Below, piece after piece: positions 38,418-49,012 of a stretch of DNA of 64,000 nucleotides. Origin of the DNA: Candidatus Poribacteria bacterium (lineage in GTDB: Bacteria; Poribacteria; WGA-4E; WGA-3G); contig OZ243938.1 of the NCBI GenBank assembly GCA_965214095.1, positions 3,392,001 through 3,456,000 of the forward strand, in the 5' to 3' direction. Under the pieces are notes generated by a model. The model saw nothing but the letters and a program-made list of their open reading frames with translations, was not told the origin of the DNA and ran no database searches. Position 1 is the stretch's first letter; every line of letters begins with the position of its first letter. The translations under genes and the position numbers were made by a program.

Positions 38418-39803
38418 ATGGATCCGTTAAAAATTGACTTTGACAAAGGCACGCTCATTCTACAAAATGTTCCAGATACACTTCAATCACAGTTGTCAGA
38501 TATCCTCTGGGATGAACGGACACTAACCTTCCGCGCACCCGCATACCGTTATCGTCATATTATCTCGCAGTTACGTGCACACGATGTTGCCTATGAGGAC
38601 AGTGCACGACAATTCACAGTTAAATCCTTCACTAACCAAAAGCAGGTATCACCTTATCCTTACCAATCAGAAGCGATTGATGCGTGGCATGCGAATGGTA
38701 AACGGGGTGTTATCAGTCTACCAACAGGTGCTGGAAAAACCTTCATCGCCATTTTGCTCATTGCAGAGACACAACGTCCTACGTTGGTGCATGTTCCTAC
38801 AATAGATTTGATGCACCAATGGTATGAAGTGCTGAAAGAGCATTTTGGACAAGAAATTGGACTCTATGGTGGTGGACAACACGAACTTCAAGACCTCACT
38901 GTCACAACCTATCAATCTGCTGTTCTGCATGCCCCTCACTACGGTAATCGTTTCGGTTTAGCAATTTATGATGAGTGTCACCATTTACCGGGAGACCAAT
39001 ATCAATATGCAGCGATCAGTAGTATTGCTCCTTTCCGTTTAGGGTTGACTGCGACACCCGATCGCGTTGATGGCAAAGAGAGTAGACTTTACGCGCTTGT
39101 CGGTGAGTGTTGTTATGAAGCACAAGTGCAAGAACTTTCTGGAAAAACACTATCCGATTATCGTGTTGTCACGATTGAAGTGAATATGCAAGATACGGAA
39201 CGGGTTCAATATGAGGAAGCACGTCGCATTTATTTGAACTTCCTTAAGAAGGAAAGGATCAATATGGGACCATCTCACGGGTGGCAAACATTTTTATGGA
39301 AATCCTCACAATCCGAAGAAGGACGTACCGCCTTCAAAGCATATCTCACACAGAAACAACTGAGTTTTGCATCCGCAGCAAAGCAGGAATGGGTATGGAA
39401 ATTATTGCAACGGCATCGTGGTGATCGGATTTTGATTTTTACACAAGATAACGACACTGCATATCAGATCGGGACACGTTTCTTTCTCCCTGTGTTGACG
39501 CATCAAACTAAACTGAAAGAGCGAAACACATTTTTGAACGGATTTCGGGATGGCACTTTTTCTGTTTTGGTTACTTCAAAAGTTCTCAACGAAGGTGTAG
39601 ATGTGCCAGAAGCGAATGTTGCCATCATCGTATCGGGGAGTGGGAGTGTGCGAGAGCATGTGCAGCGGTTGGGACGTATTTTACGAAAACGGGAAGGTAA
39701 ACAGGCGGTGCTTTACGAACTCATATCAAAAAAGACCAGCGAACAGTTTGTCAACAAACGTAGAAGGCAACACGATGCTTACCAAAAATCTACTCCTATA
39801 TAA
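38418..39803 (+). CDS. XPB/Rad25-like SF2 DNA helicase
   Basis: LPTGAGKT, DECHH, GLTATP, EGVDVP and QRLGRILR. Confidence 0.9.
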   Translation: MDPLKIDFDKGTLILQNVPDTLQSQLSDILWDERTLTFRAPAYRYRHIISQLRAHDVAYEDSARQFTVKSFTNQKQVSPYPYQSEAIDAWHANGKRGVISLPTGAGKTFIAILLIAETQRPTLVHVPTIDLMHQWYEVLKEHFGQEIGLYGGGQHELQDLTVTTYQSAVLHAPHYGNRFGLAIYDECHHLPGDQYQYAAISSIAPFRLGLTATPDRVDGKESRLYALVGECCYEAQVQELSGKTLSDYRVVTIEVNMQDTERVQYEEARRIYLNFLKKERINMGPSHGWQTFLWKSSQSEEGRTAFKAYLTQKQLSFASAAKQEWVWKLLQRHRGDRILIFTQDNDTAYQIGTRFFLPVLTHQTKLKERNTFLNGFRDGTFSVLVTSKVLNEGVDVPEANVAIIVSGSGSVREHVQRLGRILRKREGKQAVLYELISKKTSEQFVNKRRRQHDAYQKSTPI

Positions 39804-41023
39804 AATCCGAGAAGGACAAATCTATCCTCAATTTGTGAAACCTACCGATAGTAATTTGCTGTCAGTTTCCGATCAGTTAATCTCAGTTTTTGAAGCATCA
39901 CCCAGCACGCAACGTGCAACACTTCTGGAGACCAGCAAGCATATTATTGAGAGCACAGCAGGGACTGTAATAGTCAAACGTGGACTTGAGAAATTATTGT
40001 TAGATCGTACCAAATTTGATACTGCACCGAACGAAGAACTGATTGCGTTTCGGCAAAATCTGTTCATAGAGACGAGTCGTCTACTTTCACAGGATCAGTT
40101 TACGGATTATGAGGAATATCAGGAGAAAGTACTACAGATTGCGGGTGATGAATCGCAACCAGAGAAAGGGAAGTTAGGTGAGAGACTGTATGCTGATCTA
40201 CCGAGTTGTCAACCTGTAGTGTCGTTTAAGACACTTTCTGCCGAACACTTACTCCACAGATATAACGCTGCACAAGTGCAAGGATTACTCCTCCATTGCA
40301 ATTCTCTCACCTTAAATCTCACAGATTCAATGACAGCTGAGCTTCGTCAGTTGTTTAAATATCTCAGATTCAATCAACTTCTCTCTTCCATTCGCAAGGG
40401 GAAAATTGGTACCGATGATTGCTTCCAAATTACGGTAGATGGTCCGTTAAACTTATTTTACAAAACGAAGCGGTACGGAATAAATTTAGCCCAATTCTTC
40501 ATTGCTGTATTACATCAACCGAAATGGGAAATTACAGCAGAAATCCAGTTTCGGAACAAAAAAAAGTTCTCGTCTATTTCTTGATGAATCGTGTGGAATC
40601 AAACCGATTTCACAGCGATTTCTTGCCTATATTCCTGAAGATATACAACTCTTTCAGGAGATGCTCCGTAATAAAACTGATGACTGGCAAATTCATCCAG
40701 GCAGTCAGTTTCTTCCTTTGCCGGGGGATTTCCACTGTTTTCCAGACTACCAACTCATCCATACCAGTGGAAGAGAAGTATGGATAGAATTATTCCATCC
40801 GTGGCATCAAGGACATCTTCTGGCGCGGCTGAACACACTTGCTGAACAGATAGAAACGCCTCTTATCCTTGGCGTATCAAAGGAATTGCAGAAAAAACCG
40901 ATGATCGCCGATGCACTTGAAACATCGGAGCATTTCTCAAAGTTTGGTTTTACCTTCCGTGATGTTCCGACTATGAATGCTTTGCTGCCTATTCTTAATT
41001 CATTTGTTGATAGTGATAGTTGA
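39775..41023 (+). pseudogene. DUF790 (Bax1-like) endonuclease, frameshifted at an A8 tract (40558-40565)
   Basis: LLHRYNAAQVQGLL, DGPLNLF..T.RYG, then PDY...IELF in the next frame. Its start overlaps the helicase 3' end. Confidence 0.78.
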
Positions 41024-41080
41024 ACCAACATAGGATTCTATCTTGATTAACCCTTTGAGATTCTGGTACAATTGATGTAA

Positions 41081-41192
41081 TACCATTTCTAATTGAAAAC
41101 ACCGCATTTTTGTAGCACAAACTGCCAGTTTGTGCCGTCCTTCAAGACATTCTTAACAAATGTTAATGGGATAAACATTTATAGAAATGGTA
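41081..41192. mobile_element. 112-bp MITE (family A)
   Basis: Near-identical to 26508-26619. Confidence 0.85.
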
Positions 41193-41217
41193 TAAGAATG
41201 TAGATGACAAGGAAGGC

Positions 41218-42813
41218 ATGATGAGATATTTTGAAACACGTGGTCCCGTATATCCAGATAAGAATTACGTCGTTTCACGCACTGAGGAGACAGCGGATTT
41301 TATCAACCGCATCAAAGATGGAAGATATATTGTCCTGTTCGCACCGAGGCAGACAGGTAAAACTACTTTCTTCAAATCCGCATTAAATTCGCTTCTATTT
41401 AAGGTATCAGACTACTTCCCTATCCAATTGAATTTTGACACTTATGCCGATCTATCTATGACAGATTTTTATGGCTGTCTTTATGAAGACATTCGTGAGG
41501 AAATAGGCAATATATTTGATCAACGTGGTATCATACCTTCCGAGGCACTAACAAGGTTCTTAGATGATACTCAACTTACAACTGCCTTTTCAATGAGAAG
41601 GTTCTTCAGTAAATTTGGGAAATTCTTAAATAACCAAAGAGTCATTCTCATCATAGACGAGTTTGATGGAATACCTCAAGATGCTGTTAGTGGATTTCTT
41701 AATTCCCTTCGTCATATCTATCTCTCTGATAAACTCAATTGTCCACATAGCGTCGGTATCGTCGGAGTCAAGAGCATTGCGCAGTTAAACTATGATAGGT
41801 CCATCTCACCATTCAATATACAAGATGATTTCAACCTACCTAACTTTACACATGAACAAGTAGCAGAACTCTTTTCACAGTATACTGAAGAGACTGGACA
41901 ACACTTTGCCCCTGAAGTCATTGAAATGCTATATAAACAGGCTGGAGGACAACCGTTCCTTGTCAATCGGTTTGGACAGATACTTACGGAAGAGATGGAT
42001 ATACCACGAACCGAGACAATTGGGATGGAACACTTTCTGGCTGCCCATACACAAATGCTTGAAGATCAGAATACTAACATAACCCATTTGCTGACTAACA
42101 TCCGTAGAAATCCACAGTATAAGAAGGATTTGATGAGAATTACCTCGTATGAAAGCGGCATGAAATTTAGTTTGGACAATGAGATTATTAACGAACTTGC
42201 TACATACGGCGTTCTTGCGAGAGGTCCTGATGGCATGTGTGAGATTGTCAATCCGATTTATCAACATCGCATTCTTCAAGCATTTAGACCCTTGTTTAAC
42301 GGTCTTGAAAGTGATTATTTCCCAGAAGACACTTATTTTGAAGATTATTTCACGTCAGAAGGACATATTGATTTGAAGCGACTTCTTGATAATTTTCGTG
42401 ATTTCATTGCACGTGCGGGTTTTAGGATACTTCAAGTGCCTGATACACCGCAAGAGTTTGTCGGTCAAGATCTACTGTATGCATATCTTGATCAGTTTGT
42501 TAGCATAGTTCACGGCAATATGTATCTTGAAGTGCCAACTGGACGTGGGAGAATGGATCTGGTCATTATCTACAATTCGCGAAAATACATCGTAGAGACA
42601 AAGATATGGGAAGGTGAGAAACGGTATCAGGCAGGTAAAAAACAACTGATGACATATCTAAATTTAGAGCAAGCTGATGAAGGATACTATGTTGTTTTTG
42701 ATCATCGTGAGATGCCTTCTTCGCTTACGGAAACTGAATCGGAAGAAGGACTAACGATTCGTAGTTATGTAATTCCTGTTGTTCAAGAACGTCCTTCAAC
42801 CCAACAAACATAA
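41218..42813 (+). CDS. AAA-like ATPase with C-terminal PD-(D/E)XK-like nuclease domain
   Basis: APRQTGKTT, IIDEFD and GGQPFLV; C-terminal GRMDLVI...VETK...Q...YL. Confidence 0.85.
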   Translation: MMRYFETRGPVYPDKNYVVSRTEETADFINRIKDGRYIVLFAPRQTGKTTFFKSALNSLLFKVSDYFPIQLNFDTYADLSMTDFYGCLYEDIREEIGNIFDQRGIIPSEALTRFLDDTQLTTAFSMRRFFSKFGKFLNNQRVILIIDEFDGIPQDAVSGFLNSLRHIYLSDKLNCPHSVGIVGVKSIAQLNYDRSISPFNIQDDFNLPNFTHEQVAELFSQYTEETGQHFAPEVIEMLYKQAGGQPFLVNRFGQILTEEMDIPRTETIGMEHFLAAHTQMLEDQNTNITHLLTNIRRNPQYKKDLMRITSYESGMKFSLDNEIINELATYGVLARGPDGMCEIVNPIYQHRILQAFRPLFNGLESDYFPEDTYFEDYFTSEGHIDLKRLLDNFRDFIARAGFRILQVPDTPQEFVGQDLLYAYLDQFVSIVHGNMYLEVPTGRGRMDLVIIYNSRKYIVETKIWEGEKRYQAGKKQLMTYLNLEQADEGYYVVFDHREMPSSLTETESEEGLTIRSYVIPVVQERPSTQQT

Positions 42814-42840
42814 ATTAGTTTCAAAGTAAGGAATTTTACT

Positions 42841-42957
42841 ATGGAAACAATGACTACCTCGTATGCATCGCACATCACGATAGAGGGAGACAAGGATGGC
42901 GTATATAGTGTTGCATTCAGTCCTGATGGTACGGTGCGTCTGTGGGATATTGTATGA
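42841..42957 (+). pseudogene. Single collapsed WD40 repeat remnant
   Basis: EGDKDGVYSVAFSPDGTVRLWD*; not in the ORF track (38 aa). Confidence 0.6.
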
Positions 42958-43081
42958 TCTGAAGGCGTTCAATTGACATGTTGACATAATTTTGGTTTTC
43001 AACTAAACTGATGTCTAACAGATAAACCTATAGGTCTATTTCACATGATAACAACATTAAGTTTTTCTATCGGAGGCAATT

Positions 43082-43729
43082 ATGTCAAAAGTTCTTGTGC
43101 TTTCTGGTGAGAACCATCGCTTCAATGCAAGTGCGAGTGTTATACACAGTTTTCTTGATGAGGATGCAGAAATATCTGCTACGCTAAGTGACGATAAGGA
43201 TATTTTGGCATCCAGTGAGTTAGATAACTACGATGCATGTGTCTTTGGCACAGGCTTCATTCGATCGGAACGTCAAGAGGATGGCACTTCCAAACGCGTC
43301 CCAGATTTGACTCCTGGACAAGAAGACGGTCTGTTTCAGTTTGTGGAGGGTGGTAAAGGATTGGTCGGCATACATGGTACCGCCTGGTGGATAGGTGGAC
43401 GCGCTGTTGATCTGATCGGTGGACATTCGAACTGGCATCCACCCGGTTCTACATTTACTGTGCATATCACAGACACAGAACATCCGACAACCCAAGGCGT
43501 TTCAGATTTTGATGTAGAAGATGAAATATACATTTCAGCTCATGAGCCCAACCTTCATGTATTAGCAACTGCGGAGTGGTTCGGCAAGGCACACCCGATG
43601 GCATGGGTAAAGACCTATGGTTCGGGTAAGGTATTTTATACGACTTTGGGACACGGACCGGGAACATTTGAAAGAAAAGGTATGCAGATATTTCTTACTC
43701 AAGCAGCGAGATGGGTGGCGACATCGTGA
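43082..43729 (+). CDS. ThuA-like (trehalose utilisation) domain protein
   Basis: GGKGLVGIH, HP.T.G...F...DEIY, PMAW...GKVFYTTLGH. Confidence 0.85.
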   Translation: MSKVLVLSGENHRFNASASVIHSFLDEDAEISATLSDDKDILASSELDNYDACVFGTGFIRSERQEDGTSKRVPDLTPGQEDGLFQFVEGGKGLVGIHGTAWWIGGRAVDLIGGHSNWHPPGSTFTVHITDTEHPTTQGVSDFDVEDEIYISAHEPNLHVLATAEWFGKAHPMAWVKTYGSGKVFYTTLGHGPGTFERKGMQIFLTQAARWVATS

Positions 43730-43735
43730 GTTAGA

Positions 43736-44827
43736 ATGATGCACACCCTAAAGATCAAATCTGTAGCAACAGAAATAATTCATGTCAACCATCGCGGTAA
43801 TTGGCTTTTCGTAAAACTTCATGCGGAAGATGGCACAACCGGCATCGGTGAGGCATCTCACGGTGGGAATGATGAACAGGTTGGAAAGATAATACAAGAC
43901 CTTGAATCTGTACTCACAGGATGGAATGTGTTTGAACTTGAGGCATTTCGTCATCGGTTCTTCCGTGAAAGTGAAGGTCATGCATATCTTACTGCAATCG
44001 GCGGAATTGAACATGCGATGTGGGACTTGGTAGGCAGGACTTTAGGTGTACCGAGTTACCAACTGTTAGGTGGCAGGTGCAGAGACCGTATTAGACTATA
44101 TGCGAATATAAACCGTGCGACGACAGATCGGAGTCCAAAAGGTTTTGCACAGAATGCTGAGAAAGCAGTTTCCGATGGCTTTACTGCCATCAAATGTGCC
44201 CCTTTTGATGGTGTTTCAGCATCTAATATAACTAATGGCACGCTCACGCCAGCAATACGAGAAGGAATTGATCGGATTCGTGCAATTCGCTCAACAATAG
44301 GGACAGAAATTGATTTATTAGTTGATTGTCATAGTCGGTTTAATCCTGGTCTTATCATACAAACTGCAAAAGCATTGGACGATCTGAATCTGTTTTGGAT
44401 TGAAGACCCTGTGCCGTTGGATGACCTTGATGCGGTTGCACATGTTAGCATGTCTACCTCCATGCCAATTGCAACGGGAGAGCGGCTTCGGACACTGACT
44501 GATTTTGATAGGCTGTTAAAACACGGACGTGTTGACTATATCTTGCCGGATGTGAAACATGTCGGTGGGTTGTTGGGATTGAAAAAGATTGCGACGCTGG
44601 CAGAAACAACGAATGTAAAGATCACGCCTCATAATCCGAGCGGTCCTGTTGCTACAGCTGCGAGTGTGCAGTGTATGGCAAACGTGCCAAACTTCGGTAT
44701 CCTTGAATATGCGTGGGGAGAGGTGGATTGGCGAAGCACTCTTGTTGATCCACCTGAAAAAATAACAGACGGATTTATTGAACTTTCAACATGCCCCGGA
44801 TTAGGTATCACACTTAAACCACTGTAA
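43736..44827 (+). CDS. Mandelate racemase/enolase superfamily dehydratase (galactonate dehydratase-like)
   Basis: GIGE, A.WDL.G, KCAPF, VDCH, WIEDP, TGER and PHNP.GP. Confidence 0.87.
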   Translation: MMHTLKIKSVATEIIHVNHRGNWLFVKLHAEDGTTGIGEASHGGNDEQVGKIIQDLESVLTGWNVFELEAFRHRFFRESEGHAYLTAIGGIEHAMWDLVGRTLGVPSYQLLGGRCRDRIRLYANINRATTDRSPKGFAQNAEKAVSDGFTAIKCAPFDGVSASNITNGTLTPAIREGIDRIRAIRSTIGTEIDLLVDCHSRFNPGLIIQTAKALDDLNLFWIEDPVPLDDLDAVAHVSMSTSMPIATGERLRTLTDFDRLLKHGRVDYILPDVKHVGGLLGLKKIATLAETTNVKITPHNPSGPVATAASVQCMANVPNFGILEYAWGEVDWRSTLVDPPEKITDGFIELSTCPGLGITLKPL

Positions 44828-44853
44828 ACAGAACATTTTTGAGGAAATATGTT

Positions 44854-45600
44854 ATGAAACATCTGATTCTACTTAATTTCTTTCTAATCATATTTTTATT
44901 TGGTTGTCTTGGAAGCCAACAAACTGCAACACAACCAATGGAAACTGGAACAACCTCTCCTGAAGCGGATGGTCCTACTGGGCTCGCGGTTCTTGAACTT
45001 TCAACACCAATAACAACCTATTCAGCACAAGATACGATACCGGTTGAACTCCAAATCCAAAATGGCAAGTTTGATCTGCTTGTACCGTTTTCCAACGTCG
45101 CTATGCAACGTGCTTTTAAACAACTTACTGTTACAGATAGCAACGGTGTGGTAGTCAAGAGCAGAAAAATGATTCCGCTTGCTAACACACTGAAGACACT
45201 CTATAAGGATGGAAAGTCCATAAGGTGTGTTCAAGGCTTTGATATGAAAGCAGGAACAACCCAGACAGTTTTGTTGGATAATCTGCTTGAATATTACAAA
45301 CTTGTCCCTGGTAGGTACGCCGTAAAAGTTGCACTTGAATTAGAGGTATACGATGAGTTTATGCAGGATCAACATCCGCAAATTATTGAATTGGAACGTG
45401 AGATATATGATATTCAGAATAGTACTATTCCACAGTTTACACCAGAGGTAAAGAAAGAAGCGATTGGCTATACGCAAGATCAAATAAAATTAATCAAGGA
45501 AAAACATAAAGATGAATTGCTGAACATTTATCTTCCATTAAAATCGCGTCGAGGCAAAGCCTTAATTGAATCGAATACCATTGCTATTACCATTGAATAG
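44854..45600 (+). CDS. Hypothetical lipoprotein
   Basis: Lipobox LFGC; long ORF co-oriented in the operon. Confidence 0.75.
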   Translation: MKHLILLNFFLIIFLFGCLGSQQTATQPMETGTTSPEADGPTGLAVLELSTPITTYSAQDTIPVELQIQNGKFDLLVPFSNVAMQRAFKQLTVTDSNGVVVKSRKMIPLANTLKTLYKDGKSIRCVQGFDMKAGTTQTVLLDNLLEYYKLVPGRYAVKVALELEVYDEFMQDQHPQIIELEREIYDIQNSTIPQFTPEVKKEAIGYTQDQIKLIKEKHKDELLNIYLPLKSRRGKALIESNTIAITIE

Positions 45601-45608
45601 TGGGAATT

Positions 45609-46271
45609 ATGAAAGAATTAATAGTTCTCAGTGCCCTGCTTCTCATTTTCTGTAGTTGTATTAGTCAAACAACGCAGACTACTCAAAGTCCTGAGAATAC
45701 TTCCAACATACAAAAAGAGCGTGAGAATTTGCTTGAATCTTATGGAGAAATACGACGTAATCAAGACAAACAGACGCATGAATACGCAGTTCGGGATGAG
45801 TTGATAGGTAAATGGCAATTGGTAAGTCTTACGTTTGAGGAAGGGGATATACCGCAGCCGACATTAGCAATTAAGGTATCACTTGCTGCGACTGCCCGTC
45901 AAAACCTAACTCTTGAATTTTTCAATGAATATGCACGCTACGGTTTCCGCGGGAATAGCAGAGGTATACAAGTCGGAGGAGATTACGATATTAGAAGTCT
46001 TCTCTATGTAGAGGAACTTTATCCTATCATAACATTTTCCCGTCGTCAAGGGGAGCCAATGGATCGTTTCCTGTTTGGTGAGGCAGCCCAACGCGAGGAG
46101 AATGATACCCCTTTTTCACGAGCATTAATCCCTGGTATCAATGTATCATTTTCCGATGGTGAATCTGGTGATGAGTTGCTGCATTTGAAGCGTTACGGTA
46201 GAATGGAACTGACTCCAGATGGTTGGGGTATGACAGGACATATTCACTGTGTTTTTCGTAAGATCAAATAG
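45609..46271 (+). CDS. Hypothetical lipoprotein (lipocalin-like LIGKWQL start)
   Basis: Lipobox FCSC; adjacent to the previous stop. Confidence 0.7.
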   Translation: MKELIVLSALLLIFCSCISQTTQTTQSPENTSNIQKERENLLESYGEIRRNQDKQTHEYAVRDELIGKWQLVSLTFEEGDIPQPTLAIKVSLAATARQNLTLEFFNEYARYGFRGNSRGIQVGGDYDIRSLLYVEELYPIITFSRRQGEPMDRFLFGEAAQREENDTPFSRALIPGINVSFSDGESGDELLHLKRYGRMELTPDGWGMTGHIHCVFRKIK

Positions 46272-46392
46272 ATTTATCCTTAACTCCACAATTTCTCTCG
46301 GTTGCATACTGATATTTCTAGCATTTTCAACATTTTGTGAGTTTTCAATAGGATAATAACTTGACGAAAAAGTGTTAGAATATCAAAATGAG

Positions 46393-46468
46393 CAGCCCCA
46401 GCGGGGCGAAATGTGTATAGCACATCGTGAACAAACGATTTATAGCCCCAGCGGGGCGACAGGTGTAT
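46393..46468. repeat. Two GCCCCAGCGGGGCG hairpin repeats
   Basis: Same class as the repeats at about 1030, 1895, 15090 and 15730. Confidence 0.75.
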
Positions 46469-46581
46469 CATTGAAGGAATAGGTATGATGACTGTGATGC
46501 TCCTTGTCCAGACTATTATTCAAGTCTATAAAAAACTGTCCAAACTATAGTAATTAAAAATATGATTTAGGAGGAATTTCA

Positions 46582-47532
46582 ATGAAAGTTATACGATTTG
46601 TAATTCTAAGTAGTATTGGTTTAATGCTATTGTGTCCTGTGTTCGGACAAGCCCCTCAAAAGTCAAAAATAGCATTTGTGTCAAATGTTGATGGTTGGGG
46701 AATTGACATTATGAACCCAGATGGACGTGAGCGCAAGAAATTAATTACACATTCCAACAATATAAACCAATTAGCTTGGTCACCTTCGGGAGAACATATA
46801 CTTTTTGGTGCCCGGAATTCTGAGGGTAATCATGACATTTATCTTGTGAATGCCGATGGATCTGACGTAGTGAAGTTGTTTGATACACCGAATTATAAAC
46901 GACAACCCGCTTGGTCACCTGATGGAGACAAGATCGCTTATATGGCGTATTCCAAAATTTGGGAGAGTTGGAGTATCTATGTTGCAACAATTGATGGTAA
47001 GTTAATCGCACCAGTAATTCGTGTTGGCAAGAACGGAGGGGATCCAGCATGGTCACCTGATGGCACTGAAATTGCCTATGTGGATGATGGTGTCTATCAA
47101 CGAAATATCTATGTATATAATATTGAAACACAGCAACAAAGAATACTTTACAAACACAATCCATCTTGGATGGCTTATCCTACTTGGTCACCTGATGGCG
47201 ACAAAATTGCCTTTTACTGGGCATTAGGAACTTTATCGGGCATTTTCTCTGTGAATAGCGATGGAACTGAAATGAAGCGAATAGTTGGAATTGAAGAAAT
47301 AGGTATACGTTCATTGACTTGGTCTCCAGGTGGCAAATCTTTTTTATATTCCCAACCTGCAGATGATAGTCTTCATCTCTTCAAAGTCAATATTTATTCA
47401 GGGAAAATCACGCAGCTGACAGATGAAGGCACAAATTTTGATGCTATTTGGTATGATCCATCGCCAATGTCTGTTTTTCCTTCAGAAGCGAAGTTGACAA
47501 CGACATGGGGAGAAATAAAAAGTGCCAATTAA
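46582..47532 (+). CDS. Secreted TolB-like/PD40 beta-propeller protein
   Basis: Signal peptide, repeated PAWSPDG..IA units and C-terminal KLTTTWGEIK. Confidence 0.88.
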   Translation: MKVIRFVILSSIGLMLLCPVFGQAPQKSKIAFVSNVDGWGIDIMNPDGRERKKLITHSNNINQLAWSPSGEHILFGARNSEGNHDIYLVNADGSDVVKLFDTPNYKRQPAWSPDGDKIAYMAYSKIWESWSIYVATIDGKLIAPVIRVGKNGGDPAWSPDGTEIAYVDDGVYQRNIYVYNIETQQQRILYKHNPSWMAYPTWSPDGDKIAFYWALGTLSGIFSVNSDGTEMKRIVGIEEIGIRSLTWSPGGKSFLYSQPADDSLHLFKVNIYSGKITQLTDEGTNFDAIWYDPSPMSVFPSEAKLTTTWGEIKSAN

Positions 47533-48296
47533 ATCTTGGTATTTGGATGCCAGAGATTTTTCTCGGTAATACCCAGTTCTTCCAGAATTGGGTTAAGTAG
47601 TGCTATCTCTCCCATTTGCTGTGTGTTGTGTGCATCACTTCCGATGAGCAATTTCACATCTCTTTCTAAACACAGTTGATAGAATTCAACGAGATGTTGT
47701 TGATTATGTCGGACCATCTTTGGACTGATTTCTATCCCCAGTCCGCGTTGAGATACAATGTCAAGTTGATATATCAGCCGTTTTTGCTCAACATTACGCA
47801 TCATCTCCTGACTAAATGCTGCAATTTCCTCTTTTGAAAACTGGAAAACATCGGGTGAGAGTAGAAATGGGTGTACGATTGCATCGGTTATGGGACATGC
47901 AACCGCGGCTTCAAACATATAGATTTCGTGCAGTGCTACCCGTCGTGGATCGCTGAAACTTTTGGGTTGCGCTACACCGCGTAGATGGTAGTGATTTGGA
48001 GCCATCAGCACATAATCAAAATATGAAGCCAAACGAATATTTATTGATGTAGACTGATATTCCAGCATCTGTGACTCCACCCCAAAATGCACTCTAATTG
48101 AAGGTTCTGTTTCCTTAATTGCCTGGTGTGCGGCTTGAATTGTTTTTATTTTTGATTGATAACTGTAATCGTGATCGGTAATTCCGATTGCTTCAGTGCC
48201 GCGTATTTGCTGAAGTTTTATTATTTTTTCTACACTTAGATCATTTTCTGCACATCCAGAAAGTTGGGTATGGATATGGTAGTCACAACTAAACAT
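47529..48296 (-). CDS. PHP-domain phosphoesterase
   Basis: DYHIHT, ITDHD and GSDAH. Confidence 0.88.
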   Translation of the reverse strand: MFSCDYHIHTQLSGCAENDLSVEKIIKLQQIRGTEAIGITDHDYSYQSKIKTIQAAHQAIKETEPSIRVHFGVESQMLEYQSTSINIRLASYFDYVLMAPNHYHLRGVAQPKSFSDPRRVALHEIYMFEAAVACPITDAIVHPFLLSPDVFQFSKEEIAAFSQEMMRNVEQKRLIYQLDIVSQRGLGIEISPKMVRHNQQHLVEFYQLCLERDVKLLIGSDAHNTQQMGEIALLNPILEELGITEKNLWHPNTKI

Positions 48297-48379
48297 TTTG
48301 TACTCCTTCAAACTATATCATTCCTATTAAGATTATTGCAAACTTTTGGACGTATTGCAACAAAAATTGTATGAGTGGA

Positions 48380-48496
48380 TCAATGCCAACGATAATACGA
48401 ACCAACACTCACACCCGCTTCTTCACATGCCAAACTTACAGAAGTGCACCTTAGCAACACAGCCAGATCAGCAATAACCTCTTGTGACAACCGCAT
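48380..48496 (-). CDS. 38-aa HTH-like ORF or remnant
   Basis: RBS GGAGG + MRLSQEVIADLAVLLRCTSVSLACEEAGVSVGSYYRWH*. Confidence 0.4.
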   Translation of the reverse strand: MRLSQEVIADLAVLLRCTSVSLACEEAGVSVGSYYRWH

Positions 48497-48623
48497 TCAA
48501 CCCTCCTTTTTCGCGAAGGTTTTTATTATCATTTTTGCCAAAAACACCAAATTATAATGCAATTAATGCAAAATGTTTTTAAGGATACCCTATTTTCAAC
48601 CCAAAACACAACATAACATCCTT

Positions 48624-48726
48624 TATAGTGAATTATAAATATAAGTTGACACTTTCGACCCACGGTAGGCGAGGTTTCCTAACCTCGCCGATGCAGAGTG
48701 TTCAAGTAATTTCAAAATCTACTATA
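48624..48726. mobile_element. TATAGT-ended MITE with a single REP
   Basis: TATAGTGAATT...AATCTACTATA around GTAGGCGAGGTTTCCTAACCTCGCC. Confidence 0.65.
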
Positions 48727-48919
48727 AGGTCTTCCCTTGCATTTGAAGGAACCTTTTCACGCTTTGAGTAATTTACAACCTAACTCATAAATCGTAGATG
48801 CGGTTTCAAACCACGATTTACCGGACACTCGATCAGGTGATTTCGGACAAATTGCATTTATCAGATACGCTGTTCTAACTTTTCAGATAACGGAAATACG
48901 TGAGTTGCCATTTTTTTTA

Positions 48920-48948
48920 TTGCACATATCAACTAATTAGGATATACT
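48920..48948 (+). promoter_or_regulatory. Likely nuo operon promoter
   Basis: TTGCAC-N17-TATACT, 64 nt upstream of nuoA. Confidence 0.6.
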
Positions 48949-49012
48949 TTAACTCAAAATACGACATAACGTAGTCGTAGCGAAACTAAGTTTCAGATAT
49001 AGGACACTATAA

